DNA of 64,000 bases from Escherichia phage vB_EcoM-BECP11: sequence record MW286157.1; one strand, written 5' to 3'. The position numbers and the translations under genes were made by a program. Of this stretch, positions 55,076 through 64,000 are shown piece after piece. The notes under the pieces are model-generated. The model was not told where the DNA came from and did no database searches. It saw nothing but the letters and a program-made list of their open reading frames with translations. How positions within the stretch are numbered: the stretch's first letter is position 1; every line of letters begins with the position of its first letter.

Positions 55076-55461
55076 AAAAGCGTTTATTAGAAGACATTGC
55101 AGCTTCAAGTAATTCCAGTTTAATTAAAATTATTATGGCTGGTGAGGAAGATGATATGGAAATGCGTGGAAAGATTCACGGCTGCGACGATTTAGATTTT
55201 AAACCTCCAGCATGGGATGCTATTATGGCTATGGTTGAACGACGTGAAAGAGCTTCTAAAAACGTTCCTAATTGCCCTGAATGCGGTACTGAACAAGTTC
55301 AGTTGATTAACTGGCGTAAACCAGAGCTTGAATATAAATGCCGTCAATGTAAACATAAATTTAATAAGCATGCTCCGGAAATGGTTAAATTGCCTGACTC
55401 TACTGAGTTCTTTAAAGAACTTGTGAGTGTTCAACCAATGCCTAATAATATTTTGGATTAA
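55072..55461 (+). CDS. zinc-ribbon protein
   Basis: 129 aa; CPECG...CRQCKH four-cysteine motif; ATGA coupling. Confidence 0.55.
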   Translation: MKKRLLEDIAASSNSSLIKIIMAGEEDDMEMRGKIHGCDDLDFKPPAWDAIMAMVERRERASKNVPNCPECGTEQVQLINWRKPELEYKCRQCKHKFNKHAPEMVKLPDSTEFFKELVSVQPMPNNILD

Positions 55462-55463
55462 AA

Positions 55464-55706
55464 ATGACCAAGCGTAAAGAATATATGGAGACTGCTGAAA
55501 AGGCAGTCCGTGAATTAGCAATAGCTTATTATAATGAACATGGTAAATTTCCTGATAGATACAGCGTGCTTAAATCTGCTGTAACTCGTTCATACAAAAA
55601 TATGCTATCAGAAGTAAGTGATATTATATACAAACATAAAGAACAAACGGGCCAAAGTCTTGATTACGACGAGACTTTTAAACAAGTACTAGGAATTAAG
55701 GAATAA
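55464..55706 (+). CDS. hypothetical protein
   Basis: 80 aa ORF immediately upstream of nrdC. Confidence 0.55.
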   Translation: MTKRKEYMETAEKAVRELAIAYYNEHGKFPDRYSVLKSAVTRSYKNMLSEVSDIIYKHKEQTGQSLDYDETFKQVLGIKE

Positions 55707-55707
55707 T

Positions 55708-55971
55708 ATGTTTAAAGTATATGGTTATGATAGCAACATCCATAAATGTGTGTATTGCGATAATGCAAAACGTCTTTTGACCGTGAAGAAACAGCCGTTT
55801 GAATTTATCAACATTATGCCGGAAAAAGGTGTTTTTGATGATGAGAAAATCGCTGAGCTTCTGACTAAACTAGGTCGTGATACTCAAATCGGCTTAACAA
55901 TGCCCCAGGTATTTGCTCCTGATGGAAGTCATATTGGTGGATTTGACCAACTGCGAGAATATTTTAAATGA
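55708..55971 (+). CDS. nrdC: thioredoxin NrdC
   Basis: 87 aa MFKVYGYDSNIHKCVYCDNAKRLL..., recognised as T4 NrdC with CVYC active site. Confidence 0.9.
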   Translation: MFKVYGYDSNIHKCVYCDNAKRLLTVKKQPFEFINIMPEKGVFDDEKIAELLTKLGRDTQIGLTMPQVFAPDGSHIGGFDQLREYFK

Positions 55972-56183
55972 TGCTCGAAGGAACTGACTATATTCACGAT
56001 TACCGCGGAAGCGCGGTATATGTAGGTGATGAAGTTGCAGTTTATTATGGGTATGGAACTTTGATGACAGCAAAGGTTATTCAAATTAAAAATAATCGTG
56101 CTAAACTTGAAGTTTATTATTCTAATGGTGAAAAGTCTATTTCTAAGTGGAAATACGGCGATTGTATGGTCAAACTGGGGTAA
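55968..56183 (+). CDS. hypothetical protein
   Basis: 71 aa, ATGA-coupled to nrdC. Confidence 0.55.
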   Translation: MMLEGTDYIHDYRGSAVYVGDEVAVYYGYGTLMTAKVIQIKNNRAKLEVYYSNGEKSISKWKYGDCMVKLG

Positions 56184-56185
56184 AT

Positions 56186-56356
56186 ATGATTTACGATATT
56201 AATGTAGCAAGAGCTCCGTCAATGGTTACTATTCCTGCTGAAGAACTAGATCGTCTTCAGAAAATTGAAGAACTTCTTTGGGAAATTGAATGTGACCTGC
56301 CATCAGGACTAGAATCCTGGATTGATGATGAAGAACTTAATAAGCTTCGGGGTTAA
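56186..56356 (+). CDS. small hypothetical protein
   Basis: 56 aa from ATG 56186; track ORF starts upstream. Confidence 0.45.
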   Translation: MIYDINVARAPSMVTIPAEELDRLQKIEELLWEIECDLPSGLESWIDDEELNKLRG

Positions 56357-56408
56357 ACCTTGGTGGGCGGCTAGATGGGAAACTGTAGAGCCAGAGCCGG
56401 AAGAACCG

Positions 56409-56438
56409 GTTTACACTGATGAAGAAACAGTATATAAT
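56409..56438 (+). promoter_or_regulatory. T4-type early promoter
   Basis: GGTTTACA ... CAGTATATAAT. Confidence 0.55.
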
Positions 56439-56478
56439 GAACCAACGATAAATGACTTAATTGATATGGAGATGGGAC

Positions 56479-56964
56479 ATGATTACAGTAGATAAGTGGT
56501 TTAGAATTAATCGTGCTGATACAGGGCTGTGTAATTACTGGCCGGAACTTAGTGCAGGTACTGTCTTTAAAGTTCGTGAACTTGCAAAAGAATGTGAAGA
56601 TGATATAGAACCTGATACTGGAATTATTGAAATTGAACTTTCTGATGGAAAGATTATTAACATCTACGATAAGCCAATTACGTATTGGTGCTTGTGGAAT
56701 ACTGAATCAGTAGAAAATGGCGAAATTGAAGAAGTTGTAGAGAGAACTAATCAAGTTGTTCAGAAGCCTAAAGCTGATTTTCAAGGTGAACGTATTTCAT
56801 ACGCATTAGCTAAATTAGCTGCACAAGAAAATAACGATGGCTATGAAGGAAATTTGATGCAAGCTGCGGCAGAATATATTGAATGGCTTGAAACCCAAAT
56901 TTCTTTTTCTGACCAAAAGATTCGGCAATATAAGCGATTGAATCAAATGTTTTACAATACTTGA
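56479..56964 (+). CDS. pin: Pin, inhibitor of host Lon protease
   Basis: 161 aa from ATG after SD GGAG; position between nrdC and 49 and length as T4 pin. Confidence 0.75.
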   Translation: MITVDKWFRINRADTGLCNYWPELSAGTVFKVRELAKECEDDIEPDTGIIEIELSDGKIINIYDKPITYWCLWNTESVENGEIEEVVERTNQVVQKPKADFQGERISYALAKLAAQENNDGYEGNLMQAAAEYIEWLETQISFSDQKIRQYKRLNQMFYNT

Positions 56965-56975
56965 AAATAATAAAT

Positions 56976-57005
56976 ACCCTTATCTATTTAAGGTAAGGGT
57001 TTATT
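56976..57005 (+). promoter_or_regulatory. hairpin ACCCTTA...TAAGGGT covering the gene 49 ribosome-binding site
   Basis: 7 bp perfect stem with 11 nt loop; 3' arm contains the AAGGG SD and ends 5 nt before the gene 49 ATG. Confidence 0.5.
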
Positions 57006-57479
57006 ATGTTATTGACTGGCAAATTATATAAAGAAGAAAAACAGAAATTTTATGATGCACAAAACGGTAAATGCTTAATTTGCCAACGAGAACTAAATCC
57101 TGATGTTCAAGCTAATCATCTTGATCATGACCATGAATTAAATGGACCAAAAGCAGGAAAGGTACGTGGATTGCTTTGTAATCTCTGTAATGCCGCAGAA
57201 GGTCAAATGAAGCATAAATTTAATCGTTCTGGCTTAAAGGGGCAAGGTGTTGATTATCTTGAATGGTTAGAAAATTTACTTACTTATTTAAAATCCGATT
57301 ACACCCAAAATAATATTCACCCTAACTTTGTTGGAGATAAATCAAAGGAATTTTCTCGTTTAGGAAAAGAGGAAATGATGGCTGAGATGCTTCAAAGAGG
57401 ATTTGAATATAATGAATCTGACACTAAAACACAATTAATAGCTTCATTTAAGAAGCAGCTTAGAAAGAGTTTAAAATGA
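57006..57479 (+). CDS. 49: recombination endonuclease VII (Holliday junction resolvase)
   Basis: 157 aa; CLIC...HLDHDH...CNLCN zinc and HNH-like motifs; recognised as T4 gp49. Confidence 0.9.
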   Translation: MLLTGKLYKEEKQKFYDAQNGKCLICQRELNPDVQANHLDHDHELNGPKAGKVRGLLCNLCNAAEGQMKHKFNRSGLKGQGVDYLEWLENLLTYLKSDYTQNNIHPNFVGDKSKEFSRLGKEEMMAEMLQRGFEYNESDTKTQLIASFKKQLRKSLK

Positions 57480-59293
57480 CAATTGAAAAAGAAATTGAAG
57501 GATTGATTCATAAAACTAATAAAGACCTTTTAAACGAGAATGCTAATAAAGATTCTCGTGTTTTTCCAACTCAACGGGACCTTATGGCTGGTATTGTGTC
57601 TAAACACATTGCCAAAAATATGGTCCCGTCTTTTATTATGAAAGCGCATGAAAGCGGAATTATCCATTTCCATGATATTGATTATTCCCCTGCTCTTCCA
57701 TTTACTAATTGCTGTTTAGTAGATTTAAAAGGAATGCTTGAAAACGGATTTAAGCTCGGTAATGCACAGATTGAAACTCCTAAATCAATCGGCGTTGCTA
57801 CTGCAATTATGGCACAAATTACTGCACAGGTTGCTTCTCATCAATATGGCGGAACGACTTTTGCGAATGTAGATAAAGTACTTTCTCCTTATGTTAAACG
57901 CACCTATGCAAAACATATTGAGGATGCAGAAAAATGGCAAATCGCTGATGCGTTGAATTATGCTCAATCTAAAACAGAAAAAGACGTATACGATGCATTC
58001 CAAGCTTATGAATATGAAGTAAATACTCTCTTTAGTTCAAACGGACAAACACCTTTTGTAACAATTACATTTGGTACAGGAACTGACTGGACTGAACGAA
58101 TGATTCAGAAAGCAATTCTGAAAAATCGTATTAAAGGTCTTGGTCGTGATGGGATAACTCCTATTTTCCCTAAGCTTGTTATGTTCGTTGAAGAAGGTGT
58201 TAATCTTTATAAAGACGATCCGAACTATGATATTAAACAGCTTGCTCTAGAGTGCGCAAGCAAAAGGATGTATCCTGATATTATTTCAGCTAAGAACAAT
58301 AAAGCTATCACTGGTTCATCTGTTCCTGTTTCTCCAATGGGTTGCCGTAGTTTCTTGAGCGTATGGAAAGATTCGACTGGTAATGAAATTCTTGATGGAC
58401 GTAATAATCTTGGTGTTGTAACACTGAATCTTCCTCGCATCGCGTTAGATTCTTATATTGGAACACAGTTCAATGAACAGAAATTTGCTGAATTATTCAA
58501 TGAACGAATGGATTTATGTTTTGAAGCTTTGATGTGTAGAATTAGTTCCTTAAAAGGAGTTAAAGCTACTGTTGCTCCTATTCTTTACCAAGAAGGTGCA
58601 TTCGGGGTTCGTCTTAAACCTGATGACGACATAATTGAGTTATTTAAAAACGGTAGAAGTTCAGTGTCTCTAGGATACATTGGTATTCATGAATTGAATA
58701 TTCTTGTCGGTCGTGATATTGGACAAGAAATTTTAACTAAAATGAATGCTCATCTTAAACAGTGGACTGAAAGAACTGGATTTGCTTTTAGCTTGTATTC
58801 TACTCCTGCTGAAAACCTTTGTTATCGCTTCTGTAAACTTGATACAGAAAAATATGGAAGTGTAAAAGATGTTACCGATAAAGGTTGGTACACTAACAGT
58901 TTCCATGTTTCAGTAGAAGAAAATATTACTCCGTTTGAAAAGATTTCTCGTGAAGCGCCATATCATTTCATTGCGACAGGCGGTCACATTTCTTATGTTG
59001 AACTTCCTGATATGAAAAATAATCTAAAAGGTCTTGAGGCCGTGTGGGATTATGCTGCACAGCATTTAGATTATTTTGGTGTTAACATGCCAGTAGATAA
59101 ATGTTTTACATGCGGAAGTACCCATGAAATGACTCCTACTGAAAACGGATTTGTTTGTTCTATTTGTGGAGAAACTGATCCTAAAAAGATGAATACCATA
59201 AGAAGAACATGTGGTTATTTGGGAAATCCTAACGAACGCGGATTTAATCTCGGTAAAAATAAAGAAATCATGCATAGGGTTAAACACCAATGA
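57476..59293 (+). CDS. nrdD: anaerobic ribonucleoside-triphosphate reductase NrdD, uninterrupted
   Basis: 605 aa continuous ORF; C-terminal glycyl-radical motif RRTCGYLGNP and CxxC zinc site. Confidence 0.95.
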   Translation: MTIEKEIEGLIHKTNKDLLNENANKDSRVFPTQRDLMAGIVSKHIAKNMVPSFIMKAHESGIIHFHDIDYSPALPFTNCCLVDLKGMLENGFKLGNAQIETPKSIGVATAIMAQITAQVASHQYGGTTFANVDKVLSPYVKRTYAKHIEDAEKWQIADALNYAQSKTEKDVYDAFQAYEYEVNTLFSSNGQTPFVTITFGTGTDWTERMIQKAILKNRIKGLGRDGITPIFPKLVMFVEEGVNLYKDDPNYDIKQLALECASKRMYPDIISAKNNKAITGSSVPVSPMGCRSFLSVWKDSTGNEILDGRNNLGVVTLNLPRIALDSYIGTQFNEQKFAELFNERMDLCFEALMCRISSLKGVKATVAPILYQEGAFGVRLKPDDDIIELFKNGRSSVSLGYIGIHELNILVGRDIGQEILTKMNAHLKQWTERTGFAFSLYSTPAENLCYRFCKLDTEKYGSVKDVTDKGWYTNSFHVSVEENITPFEKISREAPYHFIATGGHISYVELPDMKNNLKGLEAVWDYAAQHLDYFGVNMPVDKCFTCGSTHEMTPTENGFVCSICGETDPKKMNTIRRTCGYLGNPNERGFNLGKNKEIMHRVKHQ

Positions 59294-59760
59294 ATTATGA
59301 TAGATTTTATCCTTGCGATTTTGTTAATGGTCCTGGGTGCAGGACCGTTCTTTTTGTTACTGGATGTTTGCATAAATGCGAAGGGTGTTATAATAAATCA
59401 ACATGGAATGCTAGAAATGGTATTCCATTCACTGGTGAAACATTAGAACAATTAATTGAATGTTTGAATAATGATTATATAGAAGGATTAACTATAACCG
59501 GGGGTGACCCTCTCTATCCTGATAACCGAGATGTTGTTCATTGCATTGTTCAAACAGTAAAAAATCTTTATCCCAATAAAAGCATTTGGTTGTGGACAGG
59601 ATATAAGTTTGAAGATATTAAACAACTAGAAATGCTTAAATATGTTGATGTTATTATTGATGGGAAGTATGAGAAAAATCTTCCGACCAAAAAGCTGTGG
59701 CGAGGATCAGATAATCAGCGACTTTGGTCAAATACCGATGGGGTGTGGACACATGATTAA
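59290..59760 (+). CDS. nrdG: anaerobic RNR activating enzyme NrdG (radical SAM)
   Basis: 156 aa; CxxxCxxC cluster motif CLHKCEGC; ATGA-coupled to nrdD. Confidence 0.9.
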   Translation: MNYDRFYPCDFVNGPGCRTVLFVTGCLHKCEGCYNKSTWNARNGIPFTGETLEQLIECLNNDYIEGLTITGGDPLYPDNRDVVHCIVQTVKNLYPNKSIWLWTGYKFEDIKQLEMLKYVDVIIDGKYEKNLPTKKLWRGSDNQRLWSNTDGVWTHD

Positions 59761-59875
59761 ATTGAATTACATTATGGATACTATAAATGATATGATTTTT
59801 CATTTTGGTCCAGAATTTTATTCACAGTATAGTTTAGTACTTATCAATGCTTGGTTAATCAATTAAGGGTAAAAT

Positions 59876-60088
59876 ATGTATAAATTTCGTAAAGGTTTAG
59901 CTGATTTTCTTACAACTGTAACATTCTTTTTGTTCATGGCAGTTGGAGCTATTTTCCTTATTCCTTTTATTGCTATATTTTTCGTGATTAGCTTAATTTC
60001 TCCAGAAAAAGGCTTATCTTCTAGCGAGTTCAATGCGCGTCTGGATAAAATTACTAACAAACTGAATGCTGCTCTCAGTAAGGAATAG
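59876..60088 (+). CDS. small membrane protein
   Basis: 70 aa with one long hydrophobic segment, SD AAGGG. Confidence 0.55.
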   Translation: MYKFRKGLADFLTTVTFFLFMAVGAIFLIPFIAIFFVISLISPEKGLSSSEFNARLDKITNKLNAALSKE

Positions 60089-60090
60089 TT

Positions 60091-60399
60091 GTGAAACAAA
60101 ATAAGATTGAAGTCTATGGAATTCCAGATGAAGTTGGTCGTTGTCCTGGATGTCAATCAGTTACAAAACTTCTAAAGGAGCTCAATGCTCCTTTTACTTT
60201 CTATAAAGTTCTTACAAATAATGGTAAGATTGAGTATGATCGTCCGCTGATTGTATCTCTTGCTAAACGCGCTGGATTCACATCTCTTAACATTCGTTAT
60301 CCAGTCATTTTCATTAATGATTCTAGACAAAAGAACATTAAACACTTCAAAGAAACTCTCATTTCACTTGGATATGATAGAGATATCATAGAAGACTAA
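60091..60399 (+). CDS. nrdH: NrdH-like glutaredoxin
   Basis: 102 aa, CPGC redox motif, GTG start after SD AAGGAA, position after nrdG as in T4. Confidence 0.75.
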   Translation: MKQNKIEVYGIPDEVGRCPGCQSVTKLLKELNAPFTFYKVLTNNGKIEYDRPLIVSLAKRAGFTSLNIRYPVIFINDSRQKNIKHFKETLISLGYDRDIIED

Positions 60400-60403
60400 G
60401 ACG

Positions 60404-60428
60404 GGCCCTCTGGGCCTTTCTTTCTCGC
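60404..60428 (+). terminator. intrinsic terminator
   Basis: GGCCC-TCT-GGGCC hairpin followed by TTTCTTTCTC. Confidence 0.6.
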
Positions 60429-60497
60429 ATTCTGTATATTACCATTCTAAGCTATCGTTCCCTTCTTGTCATTCCCTAAAATATTTTTCACAAAGTT

Positions 60498-60528
60498 GTT
60501 TACAACAAGTTCAAACCGTGGTATTATT
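60498..60528 (+). promoter_or_regulatory. T4-type early promoter
   Basis: TTCACAAAGTTGTTTACA ... CGTGGTATTAT. Confidence 0.6.
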
Positions 60529-60557
60529 AACATATGAATTGCCTTTGAGGAATTGAT

Positions 60558-60734
60558 ATGGTTGATAAAGAGATTAAAATTGACCAGTACTATCGTGTTA
60601 ACGGACATATCGTTATTGTTACAGCAGTCGATGATTTAGATGTTCATTATACTGTGATTAAATGGAACAAACGTATGATTTGTGATCGTGCTGTATTTAG
60701 TTCAGTTGCTAAGGAAATTAAACTCCATGGGTAA
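60558..60734 (+). CDS. small hypothetical protein
   Basis: 58 aa with SD GAGGAA; below track cutoff. Confidence 0.45.
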   Translation: MVDKEIKIDQYYRVNGHIVIVTAVDDLDVHYTVIKWNKRMICDRAVFSSVAKEIKLHG

Positions 60735-61020
60735 AACATATCGTCGTAAAGACTTGAAAGTTCGTGATTATGACTATTTCGGAAAGCGTAAAGCTCCTGA
60801 TGGTGTAAGTCATAAAGATATGGTTGAAAACATTTTTCGCTCTGATAAATGGCGTAGAATGAAAGGCATTGATTCAGAAGTTAAAGATGAGCTAAATCGT
60901 CAATTACGTGGTGAAGTAAGAAAGTTGAAAAAATCAGTTTACATTGACGATGATTTTGATTACAATACATCTCAACGAGTTGCTAAGCGCAAATCAAACG
61001 AGTGTTATCGTTACAGCTGA
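60727..61020 (+). CDS. basic hypothetical protein
   Basis: 97 aa from ATG 60727 overlapping previous gene; Lys/Arg-rich. Confidence 0.5.
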   Translation: MGKTYRRKDLKVRDYDYFGKRKAPDGVSHKDMVENIFRSDKWRRMKGIDSEVKDELNRQLRGEVRKLKKSVYIDDDFDYNTSQRVAKRKSNECYRYS

Positions 61021-61027
61021 GGAAAAT

Positions 61028-61159
61028 ATGAATATCAAACGAATGCTTTTTAAGCAGGGGTTATACACTTTAAATGTTACTCCAAAAGGCGATACAACTA
61101 AGTGGTCAGTAAATGACTGGATTAAATTCATTGATGAAAACGGTAATTGGAAAATTTAA
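61028..61159 (+). CDS. small hypothetical protein
   Basis: 43 aa with SD GAGGAAAA; track ORF starts upstream. Confidence 0.4.
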   Translation: MNIKRMLFKQGLYTLNVTPKGDTTKWSVNDWIKFIDENGNWKI

Positions 61160-61360
61160 ATGAATCCTGAATCTAAATTATCGCAACGAATTGCTGAAGC
61201 TCGTCGTCAGTTCTTTGAAAATATGATAGCCCAAGGTATTGATGACGAAGTTTTTCTAAACTGGTTTTGGAATCACAAATATTCAAAATGCTCAGGAGCA
61301 ATATTAATATCAGCCGCAATGATGTACGAAGGCTGGAAGGGTGCCAAACAGTTTAGCTAA
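61160..61360 (+). CDS. small hypothetical protein
   Basis: 66 aa, tightly packed after previous ORF. Confidence 0.5.
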   Translation: MNPESKLSQRIAEARRQFFENMIAQGIDDEVFLNWFWNHKYSKCSGAILISAAMMYEGWKGAKQFS

Positions 61361-61378
61361 GGGCTTCGGCCCTTTTTG
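61360..61378 (+). terminator. intrinsic terminator
   Basis: AGGGC-TTCG-GCCCT hairpin followed by TTTTT. Confidence 0.7.
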
Positions 61379-61412
61379 GATAATAAAATTTTAATGTAAT
61401 TGAGGATAATGT

Positions 61413-61739
61413 ATGACTATTCAAATTAAAAACGTCATTAATTCTTACGCATATGATAAAGTAGTTTCTTTGCTAGAAAAAGGCGATATTGTAACTCCTC
61501 AAATTTTGGATAAATGGGAAAAAGAGCTTCATCAGACGATGAAACAGAATGATCAGAAGATTGGACGCAATACTGTCCGTGAATTGTTGGTTCAATATAT
61601 CTTGTCAGAATTTGATGTTAAAGCTTTTGGTGTAGAATCTAAAGCTTATCAAAAGCATGAAATTTCCGATAAAACTATTCGTCGTATGAAAAATCAACGC
61701 AAGAAAAAATTTGCAGACCTGAAAATTACTAAGGTATAA
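61413..61739 (+). CDS. hypothetical protein
   Basis: 108 aa, SD GAGGATAA. Confidence 0.55.
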   Translation: MTIQIKNVINSYAYDKVVSLLEKGDIVTPQILDKWEKELHQTMKQNDQKIGRNTVRELLVQYILSEFDVKAFGVESKAYQKHEISDKTIRRMKNQRKKKFADLKITKV

Positions 61740-61741
61740 TT

Positions 61742-61957
61742 ATGAACGAAGCTCTTATTAACGATTTGCGTCTTGCTGGATATGAAGTAAATACAAATGG
61801 CATTGGTTTAACTCAAATTGAAGGAAATGGATTCATCCTTGAGTATGAATTTAGCCAATGGTGGTTATATGCCAATTATGGCGAATTGATTGAATACGTT
61901 GACCAATTTGATTCACTAGATGCAGCTCTTGAAGCGGCTAAGTTGATGAATGTATGA
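61742..61957 (+). CDS. hypothetical protein
   Basis: 71 aa. Confidence 0.5.
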   Translation: MNEALINDLRLAGYEVNTNGIGLTQIEGNGFILEYEFSQWWLYANYGELIEYVDQFDSLDAALEAAKLMNV

Positions 61958-62223
61958 AATTTATTAATATTTCTATTACTATTGAAAATTATGGCATTTT
62001 CTATGTTGACCAATACATGAAAATTTCATTTTTCCCAAATAAGACTGGTGTTGGATATTGGGAAAGCCATGTTTCTGAATTAAATGAAAGTGAATATGTT
62101 AGTACACATGAAAAGTTTTTAGACTTTTTATATCATGCTGATTTAACTAGTCATTATATAGATATTCATGAATTTAAAAAGATGATGGAAAAAGTGTTCC
62201 AAGCATACTGCTTACTTAGATAA
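61954..62223 (+). CDS. hypothetical protein
   Basis: 89 aa, ATGA coupling. Confidence 0.5.
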   Translation: MKFINISITIENYGIFYVDQYMKISFFPNKTGVGYWESHVSELNESEYVSTHEKFLDFLYHADLTSHYIDIHEFKKMMEKVFQAYCLLR

Positions 62224-62236
62224 CTGATATTCTCTA

Positions 62237-62272
62237 TGCTTTAAGATAGATCTTCAAATATTATGATATAAT
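62237..62272 (+). promoter_or_regulatory. candidate promoter region upstream of gene 55
   Basis: TGCTTTA MotA-box-like motif, TGATATAAT extended -10-like element and AGATCT...AGATCT palindrome. Confidence 0.3.
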
Positions 62273-62301
62273 AGATCTATGAATTGAGCTAAGAGGTGAA
62301 A

Positions 62302-62859
62302 ATGTCAGAAACTAAGCCTAAATATAATTACGTAAACAATAAAGAGCTTTTACAAGCTATTATTGATTGGAAAACAGAATTAGCAAATAATAAAGACCCA
62401 AATAAAGTAGTTCGTCAGAATGATACTATCGGATTAGCCATTATGCTTATTGCAGAAGGCTTATCTAAACGTTTCAACTTTTCAGGATACACCCAATCCT
62501 GGAAACAAGAAATGATTGCAGATGGTATAGAAGCTTCTATTAAGGGGCTTCATAATTTTGATGAAACGAAATATAAAAACCCACATGCATATATAACTCA
62601 AGCTTGTTTTAATGCATTCGTCCAACGTATTAAAAAAGAACGTAAGGAAGTTGCAAAGAAATACAGTTACTTCGTTCACAATGTCTATGACAGTCGTGAC
62701 GACGATATGGTTGCGTTAGTAGATGAAACTTTTATTCAAGACATCTACGATAAAATGACGCATTACGAAGAATCAACCTATAGAACACCGGGGGCTGAAA
62801 AGAAAAGTGTTGTAGACGATTCTCCTAGTTTGGATTTTTTATATGAGGCTAACGATTAA
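62302..62859 (+). CDS. 55: late-transcription sigma factor gp55
   Basis: 185 aa [24 protein letters not shown]..., recognised as T4 gp55. Confidence 0.9.
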
Positions 62860-63061
62860 CCTCTCCGGATTCTTGGAAGAAATACCTGAAGTTGAAGCTA
62901 TTCCCTATTTACTTAAAATGTATCTCAGGGAAGTTTTAGCTCTTGACATTGATATTGATCCAGAAAATCCGTATGATACCGCTTTTAAATCTAATGGTGT
63001 AGAATTAAACTATCGGTATCATTTAACAGATGATGATTTTTATTTTATATTAGAGAAATAA
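62843..63061 (+). CDS. hypothetical protein
   Basis: 72 aa overlapping gene 55 end. Confidence 0.5.
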
Positions 63062-63062
63062 T

Positions 63063-63380
63063 ATGACTGATAAACCCGAAATTAATGATGAAGTGGAAAA
63101 GCTTATTTCTTCTATTGAAGAAAAGAACCGTCTTGAAGCAGAAAGAAAAGCAAATAAGTTATTGTCTAAAAACAAACGTGAACTGAACCGTCTTTATAAG
63201 CACGCTCAGATTGCAGCTGAAAACAATAATTTTGCTCAATACGAATATGCTATCAAGAAAAGTCGGGATATTCTAAAACAGCCATATAACGATGAACTCA
63301 TTAGTATTCTTTGGAAGACTACTAGATCACAGATTGAGGATATGATTGATGCTTACACACGTAAAATTCAAGCGTCTTAA
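63063..63380 (+). CDS. hypothetical coiled-coil protein
   Basis: 105 aa. Confidence 0.55.
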   Translation: MTDKPEINDEVEKLISSIEEKNRLEAERKANKLLSKNKRELNRLYKHAQIAAENNNFAQYEYAIKKSRDILKQPYNDELISILWKTTRSQIEDMIDAYTRKIQAS

Positions 63381-63552
63381 AATTAATGCAGGATTTACTG
63401 AATCTTTGAATGGTCATCTTTGTGTGAAAATTTCTGAAAAAGAATACCATGATAGTTCAATTAAAGAAGTTAATCCTCCTATTGTAAGAGCAGACCCTAA
63501 TATGAAAGTGTGGGTTGATTCTTATCAAGTCAAAAAATGGTGGCAGCTGTGA
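63349..63552 (+). CDS. hypothetical protein
   Basis: 67 aa from ATG 63349; overlaps previous gene; uncertain. Confidence 0.4.
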   Translation: MLTHVKFKRLKINAGFTESLNGHLCVKISEKEYHDSSIKEVNPPIVRADPNMKVWVDSYQVKKWWQL

Positions 63553-63555
63553 AAG

Positions 63556-63735
63556 ATGAACGCCCAGACTTGTGAAATAGATTATGATTATAATAAAATT
63601 CGTTCCTCTAAAGTAGAAATGATGAGGCGCTTTAAAGAGTCTCATGATAAAGCTAAAGCAGAAGGAACTATAACACATAAACGTATAAAATTTAGAAGCT
63701 CTAACGAGCCTCTGTATGGTGTATTATGCGGATAG
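63556..63735 (+). CDS. small hypothetical protein
   Basis: 59 aa ORF below track cutoff. Confidence 0.4.
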   Translation: MNAQTCEIDYDYNKIRSSKVEMMRRFKESHDKAKAEGTITHKRIKFRSSNEPLYGVLCG

Positions 63736-63760
63736 GAGCTTCGGCTCCTATATTGCTTTA
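63734..63760 (+). terminator. hairpin AGGAGC-TTCG-GCTCCT, weak terminator
   Basis: UUCG-loop hairpin; downstream tract ATATTGCTTT is only moderately U-rich. Confidence 0.4.
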
Positions 63761-63801
63761 TAAATTTTTGGTAAAATAAACCAAAACAATGAGGATATTA
63801 A

Positions 63802-64000
63802 ATGAAAGTATGCATTTTTATGGCTCGAGGTCTTGAAGGTTGCGGCGTAACTAAATTTTCTCTTGAGCAGCGTGATTGGTTTATTAAAAATGGTCATGAA
63901 GTAACTTTGGTTTATGCTAAAGATAAATCATTTACCCGTAATTGCGCGCATGATTATAAATCATTTTCAATTCCGGTTTTATTGGCAAAAGAATACGATA
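63802..64000 (+). CDS. agt: alpha-glucosyltransferase, N-terminal part; gene continues beyond window end
   Basis: MKVCIFMARGLEGCGVTKFSLEQRDWFIKNGHEVTLVYAKDK... recognised as the T4 a-gt N-terminus. Confidence 0.85.
   Translation, partial: MKVCIFMARGLEGCGVTKFSLEQRDWFIKNGHEVTLVYAKDKSFTRNCAHDYKSFSIPVLLAKEYD

Noticed and set aside
57476-59293. Group I intron or intron-encoded endonuclease in nrdD
   Set aside because: The reading frame is continuous for 605 codons, with no intron-like insertion.

Overview
This window is a contiguous 64 kb piece of a T4-like (T-even) myovirus genome, in the orientation opposite to the conventional T4 map. Positions 1-25680 carry the late structural and packaging operon on the minus strand: 21 (partial), 68, 67, 20, 19, 18, 17, 16, 15, 14, 13, wac, 12, 11, 10, 9, 8, 7, 6, 5.4, 5.1, 5 and 53, with TATAAATA late promoters and a few hairpin terminators. 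From 25728 onward all genes are on the plus strand: 4, 2, 3, 1, 57A, 57B (acb1), ipI, an 11-gene tRNA cluster, nudE, e (lysozyme), regB, tk, rI, nrdC, pin, 49, an intronless nrdD, nrdG, an nrdH-like glutaredoxin, 55 and the 5' end of a-gt. Between these sit many small early ORFs driven by GTTTAC...TGnTAnnAT early promoters. Protein lengths match T4 almost gene for gene, but the phage is not T4 itself: the lysozyme differs at a few residues, there are three tRNAs beyond the eight I recall for T4, the internal-protein genes differ, and no homing-endonuclease genes or introns are visible. The points I would follow up are the extra Tyr/Asn/His tRNAs, an internal-protein-like gene in a cassette flanked by duplicated terminators, a nucleotidyltransferase and AAA+ ATPase gene pair, a chimeric glycyl-radical cofactor gene with a host-like 3' half, a macro-domain gene, and several tandem paralogue families. 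All coordinates were derived by hand from the sequence and the ORF track; starts were chosen by Shine-Dalgarno context and translational coupling. Functional names rest on recognised sequence and synteny recalled from T4 literature, not on any database search.
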